This document shows, piece by piece, positions 38,554 to 49,697 of a stretch of 64,000 nucleotides of DNA. The DNA is taken from positions 482,634 to 546,633 of the forward strand of contig JAQTZF010000001.1 of assembly GCA_028687915.1 (NCBI GenBank), in the 5' to 3' direction. This DNA comes from Candidatus Daviesbacteria bacterium. Its GTDB lineage: Bacteria > Patescibacteriota > Microgenomatia > Daviesbacterales > UBA10151. Within the stretch, counting starts at the first letter, position 1. Each line of letters starts with the position of its first letter. The notes below the pieces were generated by a model, which did not search any database, was not told the DNA's origin, and worked only from the letters and a program-made list of their open reading frames with translations. Position numbers and translations under genes: made by a program.

Positions 38554-40284
38554 TTACTTCTTCAAGTTAGATTCAAATATAAACATTTCATTATCTAGTC
38601 TTTTTATGCCTGATTTTGTGGATAGTTTCTCAATAAACGAGGGTAACTGTGCGTAAACCTCTCTTGGCAGTTGGTCTTCATTAAATTTTACAACATCTGT
38701 TTTAGAATTAGTCAACGCGTCAATGAACATCTCTACATTATTATCAATTATAGCTGTATATAGATTATAGGATAAAGTATATAAATGGGGCATATCATAA
38801 CTACTATAACCATTGATGAGGTAACATTGGTGGTAGGTAGAGGCTAATTGAACTTTACTAATATAATTTAAACCCGAAACGATATCCGGATAAGCGTTTA
38901 GGTGAGTAACGGGAATTTCAAGCACTGCTAACTTTTTTGATGAACATAAATCTTTAAGGGTAATGTAATGGTTGTTGATATAAGTTTCTGAATGAGTAGT
39001 TATTCCAACTGGAACGTATTCAAGGAAAAATATTACTAAAAGAGCTATAAAAAGTAAACGTGAGTCAATCTTTGCTTGGAGCTTTTTAATGCCCAGAAGC
39101 GCAAAGTAAATTATACCGATGGTAAATATAAAGTACCAACGGCTGGGAGCTCTGATCTCTTGGACTAGAGGAATAATTCTTAATAATAGATCATATGGTG
39201 TTGGGATGTAGGCGTATACGCCGTTAAAATTTAATCGTGGTCCGAGAGAAAACAAGAATCCAAAAAATAACAAGCTTGTAAAGAGTAATTGCTCTTTATT
39301 GATGTCGAAACGAAAAATAAGTTTATTCTGAACTTTTTTGATATCGAAAAAACTATATAAAAAAAGCAAAAAGATAAGTAATCCTGGAAATGATGACTGT
39401 CCACCTGAAACATTCTTATTGAAGCTGTTCCATTTATTTGCTATCTCTGATGTGTGGATAATAGAATCAATACGTGAAGTAAAAATATAGTCTGTTAAAT
39501 GGGCAGAATAAGTTACATTTTCAGAAAGACTGTGGTGAATATTGTATGCTTTTTTAGTATCAACATAATTTTTTATAAAATATCCATTTAGAATAATAAA
39601 AACTAAAAACACAATTCCTATGTTGCGTAAGTTTTGAAAACGGTAATTTTTTGATGTGATAAATTCAATAAAATAGAGCAGCGCAATGGTAAATATTAAA
39701 TAAAATGAAAGGTAGACGCTTCCGAGGAATTGAATCGCTAGAAAAATTCCAGCAAGAGTTAAATTCCTAATACTATGATTTTCCTGGGATTTTAAAATGA
39801 AAAAGAGTGAGAAAAAGAACGGCCAAATGAATATCATTTGAAAGTGAGAAAATTCAAGCATCTGAGCAGGGGAGAAAATAGTAAACAAACTCCCAAAAAA
39901 AGCAATGAAACTGTTTTTAAATAGTTTCCTCCAAAATAAATATGTTGAAAGGTAATTTAATATTAGGACGATGAAGAATGTAATATTAAAAGATAGAATT
40001 AAATTTTTAGTTACTAGGTAGAATGGTAACTCTAATAATGCTTGAGGTATAAAAGAATCTGCAAACAAAAGAGTGTTTTTATTAGGATAGAATGCATTCG
40101 TATCAAAATAATTATTAAAATTTAGGGTGGAGATTTTTGAAACATTGTGAAAGATCATCCAATTGATAGTCGGATAATCTCTCCAATCAAGTAAGTTTGT
40201 TGACAGATTAAAAAGGAGAGATCGGAATACGAAAGTTATGATAGTGAGGTATATTAGAAAATATATAAGAAAAGATTTTTTCAT
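38554..40284 (-). CDS. large polytopic membrane protein, GT-C-like
   Basis: 576 aa; about 12 TM helices; ~150 aa C-terminal soluble domain. Confidence 0.4.
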   Translation of the reverse strand: MKKSFLIYFLIYLTIITFVFRSLLFNLSTNLLDWRDYPTINWMIFHNVSKISTLNFNNYFDTNAFYPNKNTLLFADSFIPQALLELPFYLVTKNLILSFNITFFIVLILNYLSTYLFWRKLFKNSFIAFFGSLFTIFSPAQMLEFSHFQMIFIWPFFFSLFFILKSQENHSIRNLTLAGIFLAIQFLGSVYLSFYLIFTIALLYFIEFITSKNYRFQNLRNIGIVFLVFIILNGYFIKNYVDTKKAYNIHHSLSENVTYSAHLTDYIFTSRIDSIIHTSEIANKWNSFNKNVSGGQSSFPGLLIFLLFLYSFFDIKKVQNKLIFRFDINKEQLLFTSLLFFGFLFSLGPRLNFNGVYAYIPTPYDLLLRIIPLVQEIRAPSRWYFIFTIGIIYFALLGIKKLQAKIDSRLLFIALLVIFFLEYVPVGITTHSETYINNHYITLKDLCSSKKLAVLEIPVTHLNAYPDIVSGLNYISKVQLASTYHQCYLINGYSSYDMPHLYTLSYNLYTAIIDNNVEMFIDALTNSKTDVVKFNEDQLPREVYAQLPSFIEKLSTKSGIKRLDNEMFIFESNLKK

Positions 40285-40285
40285 G

Positions 40286-40903
40286 TTATTTCTTTAGCAA
40301 CATTAATAAATGTATATTTCTACCAAAAATAAGATTGAATGGGTAGCTATATAGTGGTAGGTTGTTATTCCATACAATAACTTTTAGTTTATTCTCTTTA
40401 ATGATTCTTTTCCAGTCCTGTTCTCTTTGATAATTGTAAAGTAGCTTAACTCCATATGGCTTATTCCCTATCCAGTCCATGAATTTTAGTATAAAAAAAT
40501 CAAACTTAGTATTAAATAAGTGGTCTTTAATTATAATATATCTTTTGCTTACTCTAGCAGCCTCTTTTAGTAATGAATCAATATCATTTGTATGATGTAA
40601 AACATCTATAATCATACAGAGATCTACAGAGTTGTCTTTGTAGGGAATCACCTTTCCATTAAAGTATTTACATGGAATTAGGCATTTGTTCCGTTTTTGA
40701 ACTTCAATTCCTTTGATTTCTACAGTCTGATGTTCTTGTTGAAGTACTGAGCTAATTAATCCATCTCCGCAGCCGATATCTAATATAGTTCTTACATCTT
40801 TTGGAAGAATTTTTCCTATACAAGACTCTAAAATCTTTATTCTTCTAGAATGAATCAATTTATTATGTATAAATTGAGTTATATATTTAAAATTATTAAA
40901 CAT
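40286..40903 (-). CDS. class I SAM-dependent methyltransferase
   Basis: ILDIGCGDGLISSVL motif I. Confidence 0.6.
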   Translation of the reverse strand: MFNNFKYITQFIHNKLIHSRRIKILESCIGKILPKDVRTILDIGCGDGLISSVLQQEHQTVEIKGIEVQKRNKCLIPCKYFNGKVIPYKDNSVDLCMIIDVLHHTNDIDSLLKEAARVSKRYIIIKDHLFNTKFDFFILKFMDWIGNKPYGVKLLYNYQREQDWKRIIKENKLKVIVWNNNLPLYSYPFNLIFGRNIHLLMLLKK

Positions 40904-42097
40904 TTAAAAAGGTGATTTTCTTGGAAGCAATATTACCCCTAAAAAGAATGTGTTAAAGAAAACCTGAAAACCTAATTGAATGAGAAAAGCAGCTGGAATG
41001 ACCATTCTCATTGTAGTGCTATAATCTAGAGCCCCAAAGCCTTGTTGATACCATCCAAGAAATGTTTTAGCTACTATTATTAAACCTATTAACAATGCGA
41101 CTCCACAGATTAATGTTGCTCTGTTTAGGTTGTTTTTTATTAAAGTAAAAGCTAGTAGGTGAGTAGTGGGAATAAGGTTATATTTGTGAATAAAAATTTT
41201 TGCAAATAAACCCAAGAAAAGGATTTGTATGCCAATAGAGATAAAAGTTGAAGAAATAAGCAGTGTGTGAACATCTAAGTTAATTCCAAATATATGTGCT
41301 GGTTTAACTAGGGTTAATGAAAAGAGGATTGTTCCACCAAATATTAGAAATAACCCCGGACTTAAAAATAACCAATTCGGTGCAAAAAGTAACATAAAAT
41401 GAAGAGTTTTAAATCCATCATGCCAGGTTCTTAAATGGGGTCGTCTTTGTCTGCCATCCTTATATAAAGTAATAGGAATTTCAGTTATTTTCATATTTAA
41501 AATGCTTGCTTTTGCAACCATTTCAATTGCATACTCCATACCTGTTGTTTGTAAGGCCATTCTATCCCATGCTTTTTTTCTAAAAGCGCGCATTCCACAG
41601 TAAAAATCACCTACAGGAGAACGGAAGAAAATTCTGCCTAGTAGCGATAACATGGGATTTCCAAAGAATTGGTGTTGCCAGGGCATTGCACCAGGCATAA
41701 TCCTTCCTGCAAAACGATTGCCCATTACTAAATCATATCCTTGTTCTATTTTATTTACAAAAGGTTCAATAGCTAAAAAATCATAACTATCATCAGCATC
41801 ACCCATAATTATATACTTCCCCTCTGCTTTACAGATCCCAGCTTGTAAAGCTGCACCGTATCCTTTTTCGGCTACATTAACAACTTTAGCTCCTTCTTTT
41901 TTAGCTATTTGAATCGATTTATCTGTGCTTCCATTATCAGCCACAATAATTTCATACTTTCTTTTTAGAGGAAGAAATGATTTATGAATTTTTCTAATGC
42001 AAGTTGCAAGGGTTTTTTCTTCATTTAGGCACGGCATTACTACAGAATAATTATATTTCATAGATTGCATATTATTAGAGTCTTCTATTAAATTCAA
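40904..42097 (-). CDS. polyprenol-phosphate sugar synthase (GT2 with C-terminal TM anchor; GtrB/ArnC-like)
   Basis: YSVVMPCLNEEKTL...IIVADNGSTDKS...MGDADDSYD, followed by 4 C-terminal TM helices. Confidence 0.65.
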   Translation of the reverse strand: MNLIEDSNNMQSMKYNYSVVMPCLNEEKTLATCIRKIHKSFLPLKRKYEIIVADNGSTDKSIQIAKKEGAKVVNVAEKGYGAALQAGICKAEGKYIIMGDADDSYDFLAIEPFVNKIEQGYDLVMGNRFAGRIMPGAMPWQHQFFGNPMLSLLGRIFFRSPVGDFYCGMRAFRKKAWDRMALQTTGMEYAIEMVAKASILNMKITEIPITLYKDGRQRRPHLRTWHDGFKTLHFMLLFAPNWLFLSPGLFLIFGGTILFSLTLVKPAHIFGINLDVHTLLISSTFISIGIQILFLGLFAKIFIHKYNLIPTTHLLAFTLIKNNLNRATLICGVALLIGLIIVAKTFLGWYQQGFGALDYSTTMRMVIPAAFLIQLGFQVFFNTFFLGVILLPRKSPF

Positions 42098-42154
42098 TAG
42101 AAGGAATTTTGTATGGTTGGTGTTAAATACTATATAGCATTTTAAAGAAAAATA

Positions 42155-42760
42155 TTAAGAAATTTTTTTAATTAATATTAAATTGTTAAACCCAAATTGA
42201 AAATATTCATGAACTATGTTTATTTTTTGTTCATATGGACTTAATGATTCAAGAATCTTTTCCTTGTTAAAGTATGTCTTATGTTCTTCAGTTAAAGTTT
42301 TAGAAATAAGCCGTAATTTATATGATAAAAATTCCAACACTGCTTTAGCCTTTGGGGTAGGTGCGGTAAAGATACAAACTCCACCTGGTTTTAATATTCT
42401 AATACTTTCTTTTATTACATCCTGAGGGTTATCTAAGTGTTCTAAAAAAGCCAAGCCAATAACATAATCTACAGTGCCTGTATCCAATGGGATCGTCTTA
42501 TCTACTGTTTTTAGTATAAATTTAACAAAGTCACCTTTTTTATGTCTTAAAATTGTTTCGCTGCTTATTAAAGGATCTACACCAATATATTGTTTAATAT
42601 TAACGCCTTTTTTAATAGCATGTTTATAAAAACCAATATCGTCACCGCATCCCAAATCTACGACAGTAAGTGGTTTATTTTTATCGATATGCTTGATAAC
42701 CTTTTTATATCTGAAGCTTCCCAATAATGGTTCTAGCAGGCCTTTATCATAAGTCTTCAT
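42155..42760 (-). CDS. class I SAM-dependent methyltransferase
   Basis: VVDLGCGDDIGFY motif I. Confidence 0.55.
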   Translation of the reverse strand: MKTYDKGLLEPLLGSFRYKKVIKHIDKNKPLTVVDLGCGDDIGFYKHAIKKGVNIKQYIGVDPLISSETILRHKKGDFVKFILKTVDKTIPLDTGTVDYVIGLAFLEHLDNPQDVIKESIRILKPGGVCIFTAPTPKAKAVLEFLSYKLRLISKTLTEEHKTYFNKEKILESLSPYEQKINIVHEYFQFGFNNLILIKKIS

Positions 42761-43485
42761 TTTTCTAGTATATTAAACTTAATAATTACCCAGAGGGCTT
42801 CTATACCATCTCTCCAACCTATCTTTTTACCTTCTTCATAAGTACGTCCATAATATGAGATTCCTACTTCAAATATCTTAATTCCTTTTATTTTTGATAT
42901 TCTGGCCGTAATTTCAGGTTCAGTTCCAAATCTTTTGCTAACTAGTCTTGGAGCGATGGATCTGATGAGATCTCCTCTAAAAGTTTTATATCCAGTTTCC
43001 ATATCAGTAAGATTAAGGTTGGTTAACATATTTGAAAAAGAGGTTAGAAAACGATTGACTTGATAGTGCCAAAAGAAGAGTACTCGATGAGGTCTATTTG
43101 AAATAAACCTTGAACCATAAACTACATCCGCGTCATTCTTTATAAATGGCTCTAAAAGCAGTGGATAATCTTCGGGGTTATATTCTAAATCAGCGTCTTG
43201 TACTAAAACTATGTCTCCGGTGGTTGCCAAAAATCCATCTTTTAATGCAGCACCCTTACCTTCATTCTTTTTCTTTAATATTACATTAAAAGATATCCCT
43301 GGTTTCTTTTTGAAGGCTTCCTCAGCCTCTAAAATCTCTTTTGATGAATTATCAGTTGATCCATCATCCACTAAAATAATTTCTTTATGATAATTATTTG
43401 TGTTGGATTCAATGACTGCTTCAATGGTTTTTTTGATAAAACCTTCTTCATTATATATAGGAATGACGATAGATAGTTTATTCAT
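42757..43485 (-). CDS. polyprenol-phosphate mannosyltransferase-like GT2 (Dpm1-like, soluble)
   Basis: LSIVIPIYNEEGFI...IILVDDGSTDNS...VLVQDADLEYNPEDYP. Confidence 0.7.
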   Translation of the reverse strand: MNKLSIVIPIYNEEGFIKKTIEAVIESNTNNYHKEIILVDDGSTDNSSKEILEAEEAFKKKPGISFNVILKKKNEGKGAALKDGFLATTGDIVLVQDADLEYNPEDYPLLLEPFIKNDADVVYGSRFISNRPHRVLFFWHYQVNRFLTSFSNMLTNLNLTDMETGYKTFRGDLIRSIAPRLVSKRFGTEPEITARISKIKGIKIFEVGISYYGRTYEEGKKIGWRDGIEALWVIIKFNILEK

Positions 43486-43488
43486 TTT

Positions 43489-45165
43489 ATGATTGATTAT
43501 TACATAATAATTATATTTCTTTCAATTACCTGTTATCATAATAGGGTGAAAATTCTTTTAAGAAGCCATATTATATTTTTCATCTGTATTTCTTTATTCT
43601 GCTTACTTTTATTTAAGGATATCTTTTCAGAGAGAACCCTGATTCCAAACCTCGAGCCTTTTCCTGATAGTATTTATTATGTGGGAGGAGCTAAGAGTTT
43701 ATTGAGCGGCAATGGATTAAATATTGTTCGGGAAGGAAGATCTTTAGCCCTTATTGTGCCCCCTCTGTATCCATTGCTATTAGTCCCGATGTATCTTATT
43801 AACAGCGATGTCAGGATGTTTTATTTTACGAATATTGTGTTTGCTCTTTCATCCTTTTGCATTTTTTATCTTATTTTAAGGAAATTAGTTGGCAACCCAC
43901 TAATTAAAGCCTTTGTATTAATCCTCTATGTTACTAATTATGATTTATATTGGTTTCCAAACCTCGCAATGGCAGAAAACTTAACTTTACTACTCTCGCT
44001 CACTGGTATATTGTTACTTTTAGCTAAAGTTAATTTATTTAATATAATCGCTGCTGGAATATTGGTAGTAAGCTTTTATGCTACAAAGTATGCAAGTGTT
44101 CCTTTAGTAATATCTTTTTTTATTGCTTATTTTATTAAGTTATTTTTACTTTGGCGAGGCAAACAATTTAAATTTGAGAAGTTCATTGTCTTTTTATCTA
44201 GCACATTAATTACATTTATTATATTTTGTTTTTATGAATATTTATCTAAAGGTAGCTTTCCGTTAAGCTCGTTGGTAAGTTTTGGGACAAGTTTAAGTAA
44301 TAAGAGTACAGCGCAAGTAACTTCTTCTACCACTTTTTCTCTTGCGTATGTAGATATAAACATAAGGCATTATTTAAACGCTTTGACAGGTGGATCCGAG
44401 AGATTTCTTTGGGATTCGACACCAATAGTGCCAAAGTTTGTTGCAATAGGAGGACTTTTAGGTTTAGTTATTGGATTAATTAAAGTTAATCTACGTTTTA
44501 TATGTTTTAGCTTCTTGCTAATAATATTAAGTTCAATACTGTTTATGTCGACATTTTACACTACTGATATGCGCTATATTTATCAGGTTATTCCAATATT
44601 GCTTTTAGGATTTGCTATATTATTAACACTTGCTCTAGATTATAGTAATAAAAAATTGTTTCGTTATTGCGTTATTTTTATAGTTTCAACGTTATTTTTA
44701 TACTACGGATTAACAAATGTAATTAGAATTAAAAGTCAAATAAGTTTAAATTTAAGATATACAGAAACACCTTGGTATTATGTTAATGTTTTAGAATTAA
44801 ATAAATTCTTTGCTACTCCTACTCAATCGTTGACTGGTAAAAAGCCTGTTGTGATATCTCCGATGGCTCCATATTATGTAGACTTTTTCTCTAATGGTAA
44901 CTATACACTTTTGCCATTGTCTGTACAGCAAGAATTTAGAAGCTACAAAGAGAATGCCTGGGGACTAAATGATTATAGTGATTTAATTAAACTTTATAAA
45001 AAGTATTTACAAGAAGGATATATATTATATTTAGCTAATTATGGCTTGGGAAATGAGGGGTATTTGCATAGTGATTTTGATGCTATTAAAAAGATTTTTA
45101 AAGTAACAGAGGTTTCAGTTGGTTGTTATAATGCGTGTAATATCTATAGAGTAGAACTTCAGTAA
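43489..45165 (+). CDS. large polytopic membrane protein, GT-C-like
   Basis: 558 aa with at least 12 TM helices. Its start codon lies 3 nt from the divergent start at 43485. Confidence 0.4.
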   Translation: MIDYYIIIIFLSITCYHNRVKILLRSHIIFFICISLFCLLLFKDIFSERTLIPNLEPFPDSIYYVGGAKSLLSGNGLNIVREGRSLALIVPPLYPLLLVPMYLINSDVRMFYFTNIVFALSSFCIFYLILRKLVGNPLIKAFVLILYVTNYDLYWFPNLAMAENLTLLLSLTGILLLLAKVNLFNIIAAGILVVSFYATKYASVPLVISFFIAYFIKLFLLWRGKQFKFEKFIVFLSSTLITFIIFCFYEYLSKGSFPLSSLVSFGTSLSNKSTAQVTSSTTFSLAYVDINIRHYLNALTGGSERFLWDSTPIVPKFVAIGGLLGLVIGLIKVNLRFICFSFLLIILSSILFMSTFYTTDMRYIYQVIPILLLGFAILLTLALDYSNKKLFRYCVIFIVSTLFLYYGLTNVIRIKSQISLNLRYTETPWYYVNVLELNKFFATPTQSLTGKKPVVISPMAPYYVDFFSNGNYTLLPLSVQQEFRSYKENAWGLNDYSDLIKLYKKYLQEGYILYLANYGLGNEGYLHSDFDAIKKIFKVTEVSVGCYNACNIYRVELQ

Positions 45166-45175
45166 AATTATTAAT

Positions 45176-47065
45176 ATGGAGAATTTTACTGAAGCCTTAA
45201 AATTTTTAATTGGAATAATTTTTACTATTTTAGTAGGGAATTCGCTAATCTCCTGGATTGAAAGAAAGATTACTCCCGGCATAATTTTGATTTCTGTAAT
45301 ATTAGGGCTTGTAACAATTTCTTTAGCATATTTATTCCTTACTTATTTTAAAATACCCTTTTTTCTAATTAACATTATTTTAGCTTTGTTTACCTTTGTA
45401 AGTATATATATGTTTAAGCCAAAGCTGGTATTGCAGTTTAGAGATGTAATTTTGACACTTTCTTTTATTTTAATTGGGACAGTTTTATTAAACAGCAAGT
45501 TAATTTTTGAGGGGTTTGATAAGTACGGAGGATTTTTGTTAAGTAAAGGTAATATTGATGCTTTATGGCATATTGCCCTTCAAGAATCTCTAAAAATATC
45601 AGTGCCTCCTCAAAGCCCATTGTATTCCGGACAGATTTTAACGGGTTATCATTATTTAAATGATATTTATTGGGTGTGGTTTAGTAAAATTTTAGGTATA
45701 TCAACAATTAACCTGTGTATATTTTGGGCTCCGCTATTTATATCTTCATTATTTGTAGCTACTACATTACTAGTGATGATAAAGATATTTAAAGATAAAA
45801 AAAATGCTTTTATTGCTTCAGGTGTAGTTGTTTTTACATCAAGTTTGTCGTTTATTGCTCCACTATTTTTCCCTAATGCTGGTTTTCATCAATCTGTTTT
45901 TTGGTTGGATCAACCAACTTACTATATTTTTAATCAGCAGTTAACATTATCAATTGCAGTTATAAATTTAATAATATTTCTTTTTCTTAGCTCTCTAAAA
46001 AAGTGGTGGTGGGTAATTGGTTTATTAGTTGGTAGTTTAGCTGGGGTAAAAGTTTATGGTTTACTTATTATTTTCCCTGCAATTTCTATAATTGGTTTCT
46101 ATCTATGGCAAAAGCAAAGAGATTGGAATTACTTTGGTATGATTTTACTTTCTGTATTAATTTCTATATTTATAGTTTTAATTGAAGGTCCAAGTAATGG
46201 TTTTCCTTTCTACTTTGATCCCGGTTTGTTAGTCAAATCAATGTTTGATGATCCGCTTAGATTAAATTACCCTGCATGGGAGATTAATCGTCTTGCTTTG
46301 GTTGAACAGCATAATTGGATTAAGCTATTTTATCAGTGGAGTAAAGGTGTAGTAATTTTTTTAATCGGAAACTTTAATCTGAAAATTTTAGCATTAATAT
46401 TTCTCCCGGCTTTACTAAAAAATAAAAGTTTATCTAAAGATAATAAAATTATTCTATTACTTTCAAGTGTGGTTATTTTGCTAAGTCTAAGTTCTGGTCT
46501 TCTTCTTTCACAAAAAGCAGTTACATGGAACGTTGTACAATTCCTTGTATATGCGCAGCTTCCTTTAGTAGTAATATTGGTTTTTAGTGTAATAACCTTT
46601 TTTAGCAAAAGAAACCAAATCATAATTTTTTTAGTGATATTCTTAGTAGGGGTTCCCTCATCCTTTCATCCAATTAAGTACTATTCTAATATTAATTCAT
46701 ATATTTATTATCCACCTGAATTAATTCAGGTTTTACAGGAAGTTAAAGCTCTCCCGTCTGATGCTCAAATTATTGTAGGTGAAAGATATTATATTAACAG
46801 TTTTGTTCCAGCATTTAGTGCTCATGGTGTTTATTTGGCAGATATTAATGTACTTGAGTTATTACTTCCCTTTAGTGCAAAAGAAAGGATTGAGTATGTT
46901 AAAAAGTTAGAAAACAGGGAAATTGAATGTAAATTAAATCAGTATCTTTTGTCAGATAAAAATTATAAATCAAATAATTTATCAAATAATAACTTTCAAT
47001 TTATTGTGATTTACAAGCGAAATAATATTACTCTTTTTAAATGTGTAAAAAAACTAGTTTACTGA
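45176..47065 (+). CDS. large polytopic membrane protein, GT-C-like
   Basis: 629 aa; at least 13 TM helices; ~150 aa C-terminal soluble region. Confidence 0.4.
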   Translation: MENFTEALKFLIGIIFTILVGNSLISWIERKITPGIILISVILGLVTISLAYLFLTYFKIPFFLINIILALFTFVSIYMFKPKLVLQFRDVILTLSFILIGTVLLNSKLIFEGFDKYGGFLLSKGNIDALWHIALQESLKISVPPQSPLYSGQILTGYHYLNDIYWVWFSKILGISTINLCIFWAPLFISSLFVATTLLVMIKIFKDKKNAFIASGVVVFTSSLSFIAPLFFPNAGFHQSVFWLDQPTYYIFNQQLTLSIAVINLIIFLFLSSLKKWWWVIGLLVGSLAGVKVYGLLIIFPAISIIGFYLWQKQRDWNYFGMILLSVLISIFIVLIEGPSNGFPFYFDPGLLVKSMFDDPLRLNYPAWEINRLALVEQHNWIKLFYQWSKGVVIFLIGNFNLKILALIFLPALLKNKSLSKDNKIILLLSSVVILLSLSSGLLLSQKAVTWNVVQFLVYAQLPLVVILVFSVITFFSKRNQIIIFLVIFLVGVPSSFHPIKYYSNINSYIYYPPELIQVLQEVKALPSDAQIIVGERYYINSFVPAFSAHGVYLADINVLELLLPFSAKERIEYVKKLENREIECKLNQYLLSDKNYKSNNLSNNNFQFIVIYKRNNITLFKCVKKLVY

Positions 47066-47110
47066 CACATAATAATTATGCTAATCTTCCAAGAATGAAA
47101 GGTAATATTT

Positions 47111-47893
47111 ATGACTTTTTTATATGATTGGTTTAGTAACAATATTCCTGTATGGGAAAAGGCATTAAAAAGATTCAGAAACAAAGAGAATTTACTTTTT
47201 CTGGAAATCGGATGTTTTGAAGGTAAGGCCACTTTATGGTTGGTAGAGAATATACTGACTCATCCTACCTCTAAGATAGTTGTCGTGGATACGTTTCAGG
47301 GAGGAGAAGATCAGATTTACTTCGGTGTACAAACAAATAATTTACTATCAAAGTTTAAAACTAATCTAAAGAGTTATATTTCTAAAAATCCTAAAACTAG
47401 TAAGGTTATTATTAAAAAAGGTTTTTCTGGTAAAGTCTTAAGATCACTGAATGATCACTTCGACTTTATTTATATCGATGGTTCTCATATTGCAAAAGAC
47501 GTGTTGGAAGATATTGTATTGAGCTGGGGTTTGCTAAAGGATGATGGGGTAATGGTATTTGACGATTATGGTTGGGATCGTTATAAAGATGAGACTTTAA
47601 ACCCAAGACCTGCAATAAATTGTTTTCTAAGAATATATAAAGGTTGGTATAAAATTTTAAATTCTGGTTATCAATTAACAGTACAAAAAAAAGATAAAAA
47701 AAGTTCTATGGATAAATTTACCAAAACAACATATGAAAATTTAGTTTTAACTGATACTTTTTTTAAAGAACAAATAAATAAGCAGGTGGATTCAATTAAA
47801 TTTATGAAAGTTATCAAAGACTCTAAATTTTATAAATTATGGAGAATTTATTGTAACTTAAAGGATACGCTGAAAATTAATAAATATAAATGA
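47111..47893 (+). CDS. class I SAM-dependent methyltransferase (Methyltransf_24-like)
   Basis: LEIGCFEGKATLW and FIYIDGSHIAKDV. The C-terminal tail SKFYKLWRIYCNLKD is shared with 34566..35534. Confidence 0.55.
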   Translation: MTFLYDWFSNNIPVWEKALKRFRNKENLLFLEIGCFEGKATLWLVENILTHPTSKIVVVDTFQGGEDQIYFGVQTNNLLSKFKTNLKSYISKNPKTSKVIIKKGFSGKVLRSLNDHFDFIYIDGSHIAKDVLEDIVLSWGLLKDDGVMVFDDYGWDRYKDETLNPRPAINCFLRIYKGWYKILNSGYQLTVQKKDKKSSMDKFTKTTYENLVLTDTFFKEQINKQVDSIKFMKVIKDSKFYKLWRIYCNLKDTLKINKYK

Positions 47894-48705
47894 CACAAAA
47901 ATATATACTCACAAATTATGGTTACTATAAGAATATTAAGACAAAAAAGTTGCCGTATGATAAAGGTTACATACAAAAAAGAAATAATACTGATGTAGTT
48001 TTTTATAAGAAGAGAAAAGATATATTAAGGCGGGATTTTCAAAAAAAATTATTACCGATTGTAATTAAAGCAAAAGAAATATTTTGTGAAGACTTAAGGA
48101 TTCTTGATATTGGATGTGGGGATGGTGTTGTTTTAGAATCATTATTTGATATTGGACGCACACAAAAGATTAAGATTAAGCTTTACGGAATTGATCCGGA
48201 TAATTTTGCGTTTAAAGATATTCGGGTATCAGCCAAGCTTACGAAAGGAGTGTCAGAAAAAATGCCATATGATGACAGTTTCTTTCATGTGGTGATCTCA
48301 AGTCAAATGATAGAACATTTAACAGAAATACAGACAGATAAGACAAACAAAGAAACTTTAAGGATTTTGAAAATGAGTGGTTTTTACTATATTGAGACTC
48401 CAAATCCACAAAGCAGTTTAGCCAAAACAAAGAAAAGTCGGTGGCAGATGTTTTTACCAGATCATTTAGTGCTATATCCTCCAAATGCTTTAGCAGTTTT
48501 ATTAAAGAATGTTGGTTTTAGAGATATTAAAGCTGGTGCTAGGTATGAAAAAGACGAACAGATTAATGAAATACAAGATACGTTTATAAGTAGATTTCCT
48601 TTTGCAAAAAATCAGCATATTGCTAGAATAGGCATGTTTTTGTTTAAGATTTACATTATGGTTTCAAACAATGGAGCAATTACCTGTGTTTTGGCTAGAA
48701 AATAA
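47890..48705 (+). CDS. class I SAM-dependent methyltransferase (Methyltransf_11-like)
   Basis: ILDIGCGDGVVLESL motif I. Confidence 0.6.
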   Translation: MTQKYILTNYGYYKNIKTKKLPYDKGYIQKRNNTDVVFYKKRKDILRRDFQKKLLPIVIKAKEIFCEDLRILDIGCGDGVVLESLFDIGRTQKIKIKLYGIDPDNFAFKDIRVSAKLTKGVSEKMPYDDSFFHVVISSQMIEHLTEIQTDKTNKETLRILKMSGFYYIETPNPQSSLAKTKKSRWQMFLPDHLVLYPPNALAVLLKNVGFRDIKAGARYEKDEQINEIQDTFISRFPFAKNQHIARIGMFLFKIYIMVSNNGAITCVLARK

Positions 48706-48727
48706 TTAGATTTTTTATTTTAAATTT

Positions 48728-49687
48728 ATGAAAAAAAGAAAAAAAATAATTTTATGTGGATCTATTGCAATCGACCGGATAATGAATTTTTCTGGTAAGT
48801 ATAAAGATCTGTTTAAATTAACTAATAAAGAAATACTTTCAATTAGTGTTTTTTTATCAAATCTTAAAAACAATCATGGAGGAGTTGGTGCAAATATTGC
48901 TTATACACTAGCACTGCTTGGGGAAAAACCAATTTTAGTAGGATCAGTAGGTAAAGAAGCTGAAGGCTATTTAGAAAAGCTTTCAGCTTTGGGTATAGAT
49001 ACTAGAAATATTCACCGTAGTTTATTGGAAACGGCTTCTTTTAATGTAATTACAGATAGTGCAAACAATCAAATTGGAGGTTTTTATCCAGGGGCTATGT
49101 TTGATAGCGACTCTCAAACCCTTAATAAATGGGCAGGCAAGGACGTTTTAGTGGTAATTTCTCCTCATGATCCAAAGGCTATGAAACGTCAAATAGAGGA
49201 GTGTTTTAAAAATAAATTTCAGATGTTTTATGACATAGGTCAACAGGTATTAAATACCTCTAAAGAGGACTTGATTTTCGGGCTTAGTAAAGCTCAAATT
49301 TTAATACTAAATGAATTTGAAATGAAAGCACTTTGTAGTAAAACAAAAAATTCCATATCTTCCTTAAAATCTAGAATTCCTCTTGTTATTACAACGCTTG
49401 GTGAGGAAGGGTCAATTATTGAAGGAAAAAATATTTCTAAAAAAATTAGAATTAAATCTGTAAGAATAGATGAAGTCGTTGATCCTACAGGAGCAGGAGA
49501 TGCTTATAGGGCTGGTTTTCTGTATGGATTTGCGCGCGATTGGGACTTAAAAACTTGTGGACAAATGGGTAGTCTGGCTGCTTCCTGCACAATCGCACAT
49601 CACGGAACACAAGAACATTTATTTACTAAGGAAGAATTTAGTAATAAATATGAGGATTGTTTTGAAGAAAAGTTATTGTTAATATAG
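48728..49687 (+). CDS. PfkB-family carbohydrate/nucleoside kinase (adenosine-kinase-like)
   Basis: [16 protein letters not shown] matches the PfkB signature 2. Adjacent to ahcY. Confidence 0.65.
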   Translation: MKKRKKIILCGSIAIDRIMNFSGKYKDLFKLTNKEILSISVFLSNLKNNHGGVGANIAYTLALLGEKPILVGSVGKEAEGYLEKLSALGIDTRNIHRSLLETASFNVITDSANNQIGGFYPGAMFDSDSQTLNKWAGKDVLVVISPHDPKAMKRQIEECFKNKFQMFYDIGQQVLNTSKEDLIFGLSKAQILILNEFEMKALCSKTKNSISSLKSRIPLVITTLGEEGSIIEGKNISKKIRIKSVRIDEVVDPTGAGDAYRAGFLYGFARDWDLKTCGQMGSLAASCTIAHHGTQEHLFTKEEFSNKYEDCFEEKLLLI

Positions 49688-49697
49688 CAAAACAAAT

